From: Candidatus Bipolaricaulia bacterium
GTDB lineage: Bacteria; Bipolaricaulota; Bipolaricaulia; JBHIAT01
DNA length: 19,821 bases
NCBI GenBank assembly: GCA_046758705.1
Contig: JBHIAT010000057.1
Location: forward strand, 1 to 19,821
Reading direction: 5' to 3'
Shown: in pieces, positions 8,118 to 15,724 of the stretch
Position numbering within the stretch: the stretch's first letter is position 1
Layout of the letters: each line of letters begins with the position of its first letter
Notes under the pieces: model-generated
Seen by the model: only the letters and a program-made list of their open reading frames with translations
What the model was told of the DNA's origin: nothing
Database searches by the model: none
Position numbers and translations under genes: made by a program

Positions 8118-10486
8118 GAAATGCCCTCCGGTTTCAGCTGCAATACGCGCTCAGGGGTAAGCGGCAATCGGATCTGAGGGATATTGGACTGCAGCGCATC
8201 GAACACAGCGTTGGTGATCGCTGCGGGCGCACCGATGGTGCCACTTTCCCCCACGCCCTTGAGCCCCCCCTCGGTCCAAGGGGAGGGCGTTTCCATATGT
8301 ACCATCTTGATCTCGGGTATGTCAAAGGTTCCCGGCGCCAGGTAATCCAGGAGTGTGGTGGTCAGCAGTTGTCCCTGATTGTCGTAGGCCAGCTCTTCTA
8401 ACAGGGCGATGCCAATCCCCTGTGCTACGCCGCCGCGGATTTGGCCTTCGACAACTTGGGGATTGATCATTGGACCACAGTCTTCAGCCACCAGATAGCG
8501 GCGCACCGCCACTTGGCCGGTGTTGGGGTCCACCTCGACGAGCGCCAGATGGACTGCCGCTGAGCAAGTGGCAGGTGGTGGATCATAGGCACAGTGGATC
8601 TCCAGACCAGGCTCACAGCCCGGCGGCAACTCTTGAAATGGTGTGTAAGCAATCTGGGCCAGCTCGCGCAGTGACAGACGTTGAGCCGGTTGACTTTGGA
8701 GTGTGACCGCGCCATCGGCGTAGTTGGCTTGTGTCGGCTCGACGTTCCAATAGGCTGCCGCGAGTTGGATGAGCTTGTCGCGCAGCTTGCTGGCTGCTTT
8801 GAGAAGCGCGCCTCCGCCGCTTACCATGCTGCGACTCGCAAACGTGCCTGAACCGTAGGGACAGCTGACGGTGTCCCCTAAAAGGATCCGTATCTGCTCC
8901 AAAGGCACACCCATCGCGTTTGCCAGCAATTGTGCCAGTGTGGTGAATTGACCCTGACCTTGCGACGGCGTGCTCACAAACGCCTCGAGATTGCCCTCGG
9001 GCCCCACACGCAACGTGGCCGCGTCGAAGGCCGGTACCTGCACCATGCCGCGTTTGCGATAAGTCTTACGTCCCATACCGGTGGACTCTACAAAACACGA
9101 TATGCCAATGCCGAGCATGCGACCTTGGGCGCGTGCTCGGCTCTGCTCGTCGCACCACGCATCGTAGTTCGCCTGTTCAAGCGCCAACTGGAGTAGCGCT
9201 GGATAGTCTCCACTGTCATAGGTGGCGCCCGAAGGGCTGGGGAATGGGAACTCTTCAGGGTGCGCCATATTCTTCAGGCGCAGTTTGGCGGGATCGATAT
9301 CGAGTTCACGCGCGAGTCGGTCCATCAGACCCTCCATCACCAGCGGTCCCAGTACGAAGCCAACTCCGCGATAGGCGCCAACCGGGCACTTGTTGGAGGC
9401 CACCGCATAGCCGTCATAGGCAAAGTACGGAAACCGGTAAGGTCCGGGCAGCCCGGTGGCGATGGTGTATGGTTCTAAGGCGCATGTGATCGGGAACGCA
9501 GAGTAAGCTCCCACATCGCAGATCGCCTTAGCCCGCAGGCCGATGAGCGTGCCGTCGCCGTGGGCGGCTAGCTCAGCCTCTACCCGATCATCGCGAGCGT
9601 GGATGCTCGCTTGCAAATTTTCCATGCGATCCTGTGTCCACTTGACCGGCCGGTCCAGGTGACGGGTGAGGTGAGCGACCACCAACTCCTCCGGGAAGGC
9701 GTGCATCTTAATTCCAAAGCCACCGCCTACGTCTGGGGCGACGACCCGCAGTCGGTTTTCTGGGTGATCGAGACATTGACTGAGTAGATCGCGCAGCAGG
9801 TGAGGGATCTGGGTCGAGGACCACACCACCAGCTCATCGGTTTCTCGATGATAGCTGGCCAGCACGCCGCAGTTCTCGATAGCCAGCCCGGTGACACGAG
9901 GATGTTGGAACATGGCGCGCACGTGCACCGCGGCGGCGTCGAAGTCATCTTCCCCCGCCTCTGACCCGATGTGCACGTGGAAGAGTGTGTTGTTGGACAG
10001 CTCTTCGTGTACGAGCGGTGACCCTGCTGCCATCGCATCTCTGGCCCGAGCCACCACCGGCAAAGGTTCATACTCAACCCGCACCCGAGCGGCGGCATCT
10101 TCTGCACGGTAGCGGTCCACAGCCACCACAGCTGCCACGGCTTCGCCCACGTAGCGCACCTTGTCCCAGGCCAGCGGATACCAGTCTATCATCTGGTACT
10201 CCGGCGCGTTTAACAGGGCGCGGATCGGTTTGATGAGGGGACGCAACTGTGCACCGGTGATCACAGACAGCACACCGGGCTGGCGAGTCGCTTCCTCTAT
10301 GTCTATCTCGCCCAAGCGAGCGTGCGCGTACGGGCTGCGTACGAAGGCGACGTACACGGTGTTCGGTGGGGTCAGGTCATCCAAATAGCGTCCCTGGCCG
10401 CGCAACAGAGCCAGGTGTTCAACACATGAGACGGTTTGTTCCGGACTTTCGAGGAGACCTATCTTGTTAGCGCTATTCACCTGCAC
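8114..10486 (-). CDS. Xanthine-oxidase-family molybdopterin large subunit (L2, AYRGVG loop)
   Basis: RSPYAHA, STQIPH, DVGGGFGIK, AYRGVG, QGQG, GTFASRS, QIRGGVAQGIG, KGVGESG. GTG start at 10486 or 10480 (GGAGGT spacing favours 10480). Confidence 0.94.
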   Translation of the reverse strand: MQVNSANKIGLLESPEQTVSCVEHLALLRGQGRYLDDLTPPNTVYVAFVRSPYAHARLGEIDIEEATRQPGVLSVITGAQLRPLIKPIRALLNAPEYQMIDWYPLAWDKVRYVGEAVAAVVAVDRYRAEDAAARVRVEYEPLPVVARARDAMAAGSPLVHEELSNNTLFHVHIGSEAGEDDFDAAAVHVRAMFQHPRVTGLAIENCGVLASYHRETDELVVWSSTQIPHLLRDLLSQCLDHPENRLRVVAPDVGGGFGIKMHAFPEELVVAHLTRHLDRPVKWTQDRMENLQASIHARDDRVEAELAAHGDGTLIGLRAKAICDVGAYSAFPITCALEPYTIATGLPGPYRFPYFAYDGYAVASNKCPVGAYRGVGFVLGPLVMEGLMDRLARELDIDPAKLRLKNMAHPEEFPFPSPSGATYDSGDYPALLQLALEQANYDAWCDEQSRARAQGRMLGIGISCFVESTGMGRKTYRKRGMVQVPAFDAATLRVGPEGNLEAFVSTPSQGQGQFTTLAQLLANAMGVPLEQIRILLGDTVSCPYGSGTFASRSMVSGGGALLKAASKLRDKLIQLAAAYWNVEPTQANYADGAVTLQSQPAQRLSLRELAQIAYTPFQELPPGCEPGLEIHCAYDPPPATCSAAVHLALVEVDPNTGQVAVRRYLVAEDCGPMINPQVVEGQIRGGVAQGIGIALLEELAYDNQGQLLTTTLLDYLAPGTFDIPEIKMVHMETPSPWTEGGLKGVGESGTIGAPAAITNAVFDALQSNIPQIRLPLTPERVLQLKPEGIS

Positions 10487-10555
10487 CGACCTCCAGGTAA
10501 GGCAACAATTCAGCCTCCTTGACTTGATCGGTCTGGGCCTGAAAAAAGTAGCAAA

Positions 10556-11224
10556 TCACGCTTTAAGGACGGCCACTGCCCGGGTCAGACCCCCGTCTCC
10601 TCCGGCAATCTTCACCGGAAGGGCGATCAGGTCGAACTCGTCAGCCCCGATTTGATCCAGGTTCACTAGATTCTCCACCAGAAGCACCGACGCCCCCAGG
10701 AGAATTTGATGGTTTGGGTAAGGCGTCTCAGCGTCGACTGCGAAGTCCACGCCGAGCATCACGAGGCCCGTCTCTGCCAGCCACCGGGACGTCTCCTCGG
10801 CCAAGCAGGGATTGTTCGTGTAAAAGTCGGCGTGTTCCCACATCTCCTGGGCCCAACCGGAGTACAGGATCAGCGCCTTTCCGGCCAACTCCTCAGGGCT
10901 TGGGACCCCACAGATCTCCAGGTCGGCCATCGTGATCTCGTTCCGAGGTCGGACTCGCTCCCGGATGTCGCACAGATAGGCCCGAGTAAAGAACGTCGAC
11001 ACCGGAATTTGATCGATGGTCCGACCGTTCCTGACAAAGTGGTAGGGAGCGTCCATGTGGGTTCCCAGGTGAACGGGGGTGGTCATCAGCGTGCTGGAGA
11101 ATCCGTCTTTCTCGTGCGTTCGCAGAGGGGTTAGCTGAAGTTCCGGGTTTCCTGGGACGGGCGTGACCTGGGGACTATGGGTTAGGCTCAAATCCACGTA
11201 TCTCCTGTCGTTTGAATTTGTCAA
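10556..11224 (-). CDS. Cyclase-family metal-dependent hydrolase (kynurenine formamidase/isatin hydrolase-like)
   Basis: HLGTHMDAPYH (HxGTHxDxPxH), GVD, VENLVNL, PVKIAGGDGGLTRAVA. TTG start overlaps the stop of the cupin remnant. Confidence 0.92.
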   Translation of the reverse strand: MTNSNDRRYVDLSLTHSPQVTPVPGNPELQLTPLRTHEKDGFSSTLMTTPVHLGTHMDAPYHFVRNGRTIDQIPVSTFFTRAYLCDIRERVRPRNEITMADLEICGVPSPEELAGKALILYSGWAQEMWEHADFYTNNPCLAEETSRWLAETGLVMLGVDFAVDAETPYPNHQILLGASVLLVENLVNLDQIGADEFDLIALPVKIAGGDGGLTRAVAVLKA

Positions 11225-11449
11225 TGCTTATCACTTTCCCTTTCCCAGCTCAATCCACATGTCTGCAGGAGATCGAAGTCCGGGGGGGCAGGTCCTCCCA
11301 CGCTAACCAATGTGGAATCCGGGTTGGCCCTGACTGCGTGCCGAACCCCGGTGGGCGCCCACACCGGGCCACACAATCAACCGCGCCTGTTTCGAAATGA
11401 TCGGGATGGGCACACCATCCACATCGCAGTGAAATACTTTGATGCCCAT
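11221..11449 (-). pseudogene. Cupin-like gene with an internal deletion and frameshift
   Basis: ATG 11449 reads MGIKVFHCDVDGVPIPIISKQARLIVWPGVGAH. A different frame from ~11355 reads PTGVRHAVRANPDSTLVSVGGPAPPDFDLLQTCGLSWERESDKH*. This contains cupin motif 2 (PxGxxH); its stop at 11221-11223 is coupled to the next start. Cupin motif 1 is missing. Confidence 0.7.
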
Positions 11450-11453
11450 AAAG

Positions 11454-11828
11454 TTATCCGTCTAAGAAAGCGACCACCCGACAAATGCTGGCCTCTCCGC
11501 CCTCAAATCTCCACGGGAACGCCCCGATCTTGCAGCGGCGGTTCAACACCCGATCGATATCGCCTCCGATATTTTCTACGTGGACGATGCCCTTGGGGAA
11601 CGGAACCCGATGCATGACGAACAGGCCGTCCTCAGGGAATTGCTCCGCGATCCTCTTCCCTGTTTTGCGCTCGTATTCCCGGGTGATGTCCGGCCGTCTG
11701 TCTCGGATGGAGGTGTTCATCTTGCAAAAGTAGCGAACTTCATCTTCCTCCGCCTGGGCCTGGCCGCGCCCACGAATCAGGGGAAGCATCTCCAGATCGT
11801 CGTGAATGGAGAGCACTTTCACCTTCAC
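11454..11828 (-). pseudogene. Chimeric remnant: probable cupin N-terminus fused in frame to the C-terminal part of a second cyclase-family hydrolase
   Basis: The C-terminal MH..FPKGIVHVENIGGDID...IGAFPWRFEGGEASICRVVAF is a cyclase-family end. HxGTHxD and the GxD segment are absent. The first ~26 aa (LPLIRGRGQAQA) resemble the start of the neighbouring cupin (IPIISKQAR). Confidence 0.7.
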
Positions 11829-11872
11829 CTAAAGCCACCCTCTCTATCAGCAAGCTTGACCCGTCTACGGAA

Positions 11873-12676
11873 CTAGAGCTGGACATCCATGAGCGCCTTG
11901 CGCTGGGCGCCGTCAATGTTGATCATCGTGCCGTTAATAAAGTGAGCCCGGTCCGAGGCCAGAAACGTCGCCAGGTCGGCTACCTCTTCAGGGGTACAGA
12001 TCCGCCCCAGCGGGATGCTCGATTTAGCCAGGCGATCCGCCTGTTCCACGCTGATGCCCTTGTCGCGTGCCATGGCTTTAACCAGGCCATCCCAACGCTC
12101 GGTGTGAACCGGACCGGGATTGATTGCCACAAAGGTGATGTTCTCCTTGCCGTACTGCTCCGCCAATGAGAGCGTCAGGTTCAGGTCTGCGGCGTTGGCT
12201 GCTCCGGCGGTAATCTCCCAATAGGCGTACTTACTGCCGTCGTTGCCCACAATGTTGACCACCCGTCCCTTGCCTTGGTTGCGCATGTGGGGTAAGACCG
12301 CTTTGCAGCAGCGTACATAGCCCATAAACTTGAGCTGCAACGCCTGGGCCCAATCCTCTTCGGTGAGGGTTTCCAGCACGCCGCCGGGCGCGCTGCCCGC
12401 ATTGTTGACCAGGATATCGATGCACCCGAAATGATCGATAACCCCGGTTACCAAGCGATCCACATCCTCCATGCGGGTGAGATCAGCTACGAATGGAGCC
12501 ACTTCACTGCCGGTTTCCCGTTGGATCCCGTCGCTGGTCTGTTTGAGCAGCGCCTCTCCCCGCGCACAGATAGCGACTTTGCAGCCCTCACGTGCCAACG
12601 CCGTCGCGACCGCTTGGCCGATCCCCTTACTGCCGCCGGTGACCAGTGCCACCTTCCCTTGCAAACCCAAGTCCAT
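11873..12676 (-). CDS. Atypical short-chain dehydrogenase/reductase lacking YxxxK
   Basis: TGGSKGIG, ICAR, NNAG, INPG, ASDRAHFINGTMINIDG. The catalytic region reads NIVGNDG...WEITAGAANAA. AAGGAGGT RBS. Confidence 0.92.
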   Translation of the reverse strand: MDLGLQGKVALVTGGSKGIGQAVATALAREGCKVAICARGEALLKQTSDGIQRETGSEVAPFVADLTRMEDVDRLVTGVIDHFGCIDILVNNAGSAPGGVLETLTEEDWAQALQLKFMGYVRCCKAVLPHMRNQGKGRVVNIVGNDGSKYAYWEITAGAANAADLNLTLSLAEQYGKENITFVAINPGPVHTERWDGLVKAMARDKGISVEQADRLAKSSIPLGRICTPEEVADLATFLASDRAHFINGTMINIDGAQRKALMDVQL

Positions 12677-13517
12677 GGGATACCTCCTTCTCGCTTCTCA
12701 TTTCGATGGTGTACAGGTCGGTGCGTCGATCGACAAACAGATCGTTCGGTCCCACACGTTTATCGTCCGCTTGGCGGGGGTCGATCTCGGTGACGAGCAC
12801 CGCCCTTTCATCGGGACCTGCAGGCCCGGCAACCGCTTGCCCGGTTGGTCCGGCAATCAGACTGTTCCCCAGGTAGCGCACCCGTTTCTCGGTTCCCACC
12901 CGATTCGCGCACAGCACAAACAGACGGTTGGCGTATGCGTGGCCCAATGCCAGATGAGCGGCTGCACACAGACCATATTGGTCCCAGGGTTGAGACTTGC
13001 CCGTGTCCGTCCAGGTGACGGGCACACACAGCAACTGCACCTGATCCAGCGCCAGCAGACGCACCGCCTCGACAAAGCGCAGATCGTAGCAGATTAGCAC
13101 GCCCAGTCGTGCCCCTTCGACATCGATCGAGTGGAACCGACCGTTGCCGGCGGTCAGGCGGCGTCCTTCCCAGCCGAACAGATGCGGTTTGCGATAGCGA
13201 GCCAGCACTCCCTGGGGGCCAAGCACCAGCGCCGTGTTGTAGCAGTGGTCCCCGGCTCGCTCCAGCAGACCGGCCACCATGTAGAGATCGAGCGCTTCGG
13301 CCTCACGGAGCCAACGCTGCACCGACTCCCCCGCGGGAATCTCCTCAGCCCAGCGTTCCAGCGGTTCGTTCCCCAACTGATAGGAACTGGTGCACAGTTC
13401 GGGCAGCACGATCAGCTGCGCCCCCCGCTCCGCCGCTTCACGGATCGCGTTGATCGTCTCGGCAACGTTCTGAGCCCGATTGGGTCCGGGAGCCAGCTGA
13501 GCCACCGCCACTTTCAT
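12627..13517 (-). CDS. Nitrilase-superfamily carbon-nitrogen hydrolase (amidase/carbamoylase type)
   Basis: Glu-Lys-Cys triad in LPEL, YRKPHL, ICYDLRF. Also ANRVG..E...YLGNS and DRRTDLY. AGGAG RBS. Confidence 0.93.
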   Translation of the reverse strand: MKVAVAQLAPGPNRAQNVAETINAIREAAERGAQLIVLPELCTSSYQLGNEPLERWAEEIPAGESVQRWLREAEALDLYMVAGLLERAGDHCYNTALVLGPQGVLARYRKPHLFGWEGRRLTAGNGRFHSIDVEGARLGVLICYDLRFVEAVRLLALDQVQLLCVPVTWTDTGKSQPWDQYGLCAAAHLALGHAYANRLFVLCANRVGTEKRVRYLGNSLIAGPTGQAVAGPAGPDERAVLVTEIDPRQADDKRVGPNDLFVDRRTDLYTIEMRSEKEVSHGLGFAREGGTGHRRQ

Positions 13518-13552
13518 TTGCCCACTCCTGAATTTTTCAATTTTAACACCGG

Positions 13553-14515
13553 TTACAGCAACAGACGACCCGACTCGACCACGACCTTCCCATCGAGTTC
13601 CACCATCGGGTTGAGCAACAGACCATCCAGGTGGATCTCGCTTTTGACGGTCCCACCGATGACGTGATTATCTCCAAGAGCGATGTGCACAGATCCCTCG
13701 AGCTTCTTATCTTCGGCCATGTTTCCGATAAGGCGGGCGTTTGGGTTGGTCCCGATGGCAAACTCGGCGATATTGGTCGCGTGGTCATCGGCCGCGTCCA
13801 CCAGACGTTGCAACTGTCCTGCGGAGCTCCCTCCTTCGATGGAGACGACCCGACCGGTCACAACACGCATACGGATCGGCTCGTCGAGCAAACCCAAACC
13901 GTCCATGGAGTTCTCGATTACCAGTGTGCCCTCCGTTGAACCCTCCACCGGGCTGATCGCCGTCTCGCCGTCAGGCATGGCCGCAAACGTGCCTGGACCT
14001 TTTACAATGCCGTCCAGTGCCTTTGCCTGACGGCCTGCCAGGCTCATCGCCAGCTCTGTGCCCTGGGGGGTGCGCAGGTTTACGTGGTCCGCGTCGTTGA
14101 GCCATTGGCGCAGTTGAGCACAGCGAGCCGCGATCTGTTGATAATCGGCGTTGATCGCCCCGTACAGCATAAGATCCTCGGTGACCCCGCGTAACACCAA
14201 CACGCGCCCGCCCGCGTTTAGCGCTCGCTGGGTGGCGTCGGTGTGGGTCATCGCATGGGTGACCACTTGAAACACCACATCGGCCTGCTCCATCGCGGCA
14301 GCAATGACTTCAGGAACCTCTCGTCCATGCTGAGCCCGTGGCGCCATGACCACCACCACCGGATCGGTGTCGAAGGTGGAGGCGACATCGGCGATCACCT
14401 CGGCCAGCATCAGCTTCTCGGTATCGGTGACCACGCACACCCGCTCGCCGGGCTGCAGCTGAACGTTATCTTGTGCCAATCGTCTGGCGACTCTAAACAG
14501 CTCTGGATTGTGCAC
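13553..14515 (-). CDS. Peptidase M29 (aminopeptidase T)/NicX-fold metalloprotein
   Basis: LQPGERVCVVTD, TPQGTEL, MPDGET, IAEFAIGTNP, VHIALGDN, IHLD. GTG start behind GGGAG. Confidence 0.85.
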   Translation of the reverse strand: MHNPELFRVARRLAQDNVQLQPGERVCVVTDTEKLMLAEVIADVASTFDTDPVVVVMAPRAQHGREVPEVIAAAMEQADVVFQVVTHAMTHTDATQRALNAGGRVLVLRGVTEDLMLYGAINADYQQIAARCAQLRQWLNDADHVNLRTPQGTELAMSLAGRQAKALDGIVKGPGTFAAMPDGETAISPVEGSTEGTLVIENSMDGLGLLDEPIRMRVVTGRVVSIEGGSSAGQLQRLVDAADDHATNIAEFAIGTNPNARLIGNMAEDKKLEGSVHIALGDNHVIGGTVKSEIHLDGLLLNPMVELDGKVVVESGRLLL

Positions 14516-14528
14516 GAACGTGACTCCC

Positions 14529-14547
14529 TATTTTGTAGTACAAAATA
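14529..14547. promoter_or_regulatory. Perfect palindromic operator-like site TATTTTGTA-G-TACAAAATA
   Basis: 9-bp inverted repeat with a 1-nt spacer. AT-rich in a GC-rich context. Lies directly upstream of the RBS of the first operon gene and overlaps the -10. Confidence 0.75.
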
Positions 14548-14573
14548 TATGAGCTAACGGAATTGGATGTCAA
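14544..14573 (-). promoter_or_regulatory. Sigma70-type promoter of the catabolic operon
   Basis: TTGACA (14573-14568), 18-nt spacer, TATATT (14549-14544). Confidence 0.65.
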
Positions 14574-14576
14574 GAA
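14563..14576. repeat. 14-bp direct repeat copy 1 (TTGGATGTCAAGAA)
   Basis: Identical to 15688-15701. Contains the ADH stop codon and the -35 hexamer. Confidence 0.85.
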
Positions 14577-15670
14577 AAGGTCAGCACACTGCGGGCGGTC
14601 TCACCCCGCTCCAGGGCGTCGAAGGCCTCGTTGGCCTGCTCCAAGGGGTAGGTACGACTCAAGAGCGGATCAAGCTTGAGTTTTCCGGCCATGTACAGAT
14701 CGAGCAATTTTGGGACGTCGATCCGAGGCCGAGACGAACCATAGAGCGATCCCATGACGGTCTGCTCCTCGAAGACCATCGGGAGGGTCTTCAACGGGAT
14801 GGTTGCTTCACGCCGGCTCACACCGACGATGACGGCCGTCCCTCGTTTGCGAAGCGCCTCCACCGCTTGGCTGATCGTTTCGGGAAGTCCGATCACCTCG
14901 AAAGCATAATCCACTCCTTGGCCGTCGGTCAGTTCCTTGATCTCGGCCACCGGCTCGGTCCGACTGGCGTTGACGCTGTGGGTTGCTCCCATCTCCTGAG
15001 CCAACGCGAGCTTGTTGTCCAGGAGGTCGATAGCGATGATCTTCTCTGCGCTCACCAAGGCTGCCCCTTGGATGACATTCAACCCCACGCCACCGGTCCC
15101 GAAGACAGCGACCGACGAGCCGGGGCGGACCTTGGCGGCGTTGATCACCGCGCCGACTCCGGTGATCACTCCGCAGCCCACCAAGGCAGCTATCTCCAGA
15201 GGCACGTCGTCGTGGATCTTCACCACCGCCTGTTCCATCATGACGCTGTAGCTGGCGAACGTCGACACGCCGAGGGCATGTTTAATCTCCGTCTCGCCCT
15301 TGCGGAAGCGACTGGTCCCGTCCATCAGGCGGCCGGTGCTTCGGATCTGAAATCCCACATCACATAAGGCCGGTCGGCCACCGAGGCACCACTCACACTG
15401 TCCACATGAGGTCCGCCACAGTGGGATCACATGATCCCCCTTCTTAACGGTCGTGACCCCATCTCCGACCATTTCGACGATCCCGGCCCCTTCGTGGCCC
15501 AGGATCGCTGGAAGCGGAATCTCTAGGTCGCCCTTTACCATGTGAAGGTCGCTGTGACAGACCCCGCCGGCCACCATTCGAACCATAACCTCACCAGGCT
15601 TCGGTTCCTCAACCTCCACGTCCTCGACCACAAGTCGTGTCTTCGGTTCATATAGGACGGCTGCTTTCAT
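14570..15670 (-). CDS. Zn-dependent medium-chain alcohol dehydrogenase (class III-like clade)
   Basis: GVCHSD, GHEGAG, CGQCEWC...C, GCGVITGVG, GTGGVG. GGAGG RBS. Confidence 0.95.
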   Translation of the reverse strand: MKAAVLYEPKTRLVVEDVEVEEPKPGEVMVRMVAGGVCHSDLHMVKGDLEIPLPAILGHEGAGIVEMVGDGVTTVKKGDHVIPLWRTSCGQCEWCLGGRPALCDVGFQIRSTGRLMDGTSRFRKGETEIKHALGVSTFASYSVMMEQAVVKIHDDVPLEIAALVGCGVITGVGAVINAAKVRPGSSVAVFGTGGVGLNVIQGAALVSAEKIIAIDLLDNKLALAQEMGATHSVNASRTEPVAEIKELTDGQGVDYAFEVIGLPETISQAVEALRKRGTAVIVGVSRREATIPLKTLPMVFEEQTVMGSLYGSSRPRIDVPKLLDLYMAGKLKLDPLLSRTYPLEQANEAFDALERGETARSVLTFS

Positions 15671-15687
15671 GTTTCCCTCCTCTGCGC

Positions 15688-15701
15688 TTGGATGTCAAGA
15701 A
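15688..15701. repeat. 14-bp direct repeat copy 2 (TTGGATGTCAAGAA)
   Basis: Identical to 14563-14576; just upstream of the ADH RBS. Confidence 0.85.
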
Positions 15702-15724
15702 GGAGCTGCACCCAGAGTGTTTAA

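Noticed and set aside
2801-10486. Aerobic CO dehydrogenase (coxMSL/coxG)
   Set aside because: Neither large subunit has AYxCSFR (form I) or AYxGAGR (form II). No coxDE, and the gene order differs.
10473-10520. AAGGAGG followed by an 11-codon TTG ORF overlapping the L2 start
   Set aside because: It could be a leader or a remnant of another deletion, but it is too short to support.
12627-12676. 50-nt overlap of the nitrilase 3' end with the SDR
   Set aside because: Most simply a stop-codon shift adding a non-conserved tail; both genes look intact.
13553-14515. Calling this nicX and the locus a nicotinate (maleamate) pathway
   Set aside because: The NicX His-ligand motif is absent, and there are no NicC, NicD, NicE or NicF-like genes in the window.
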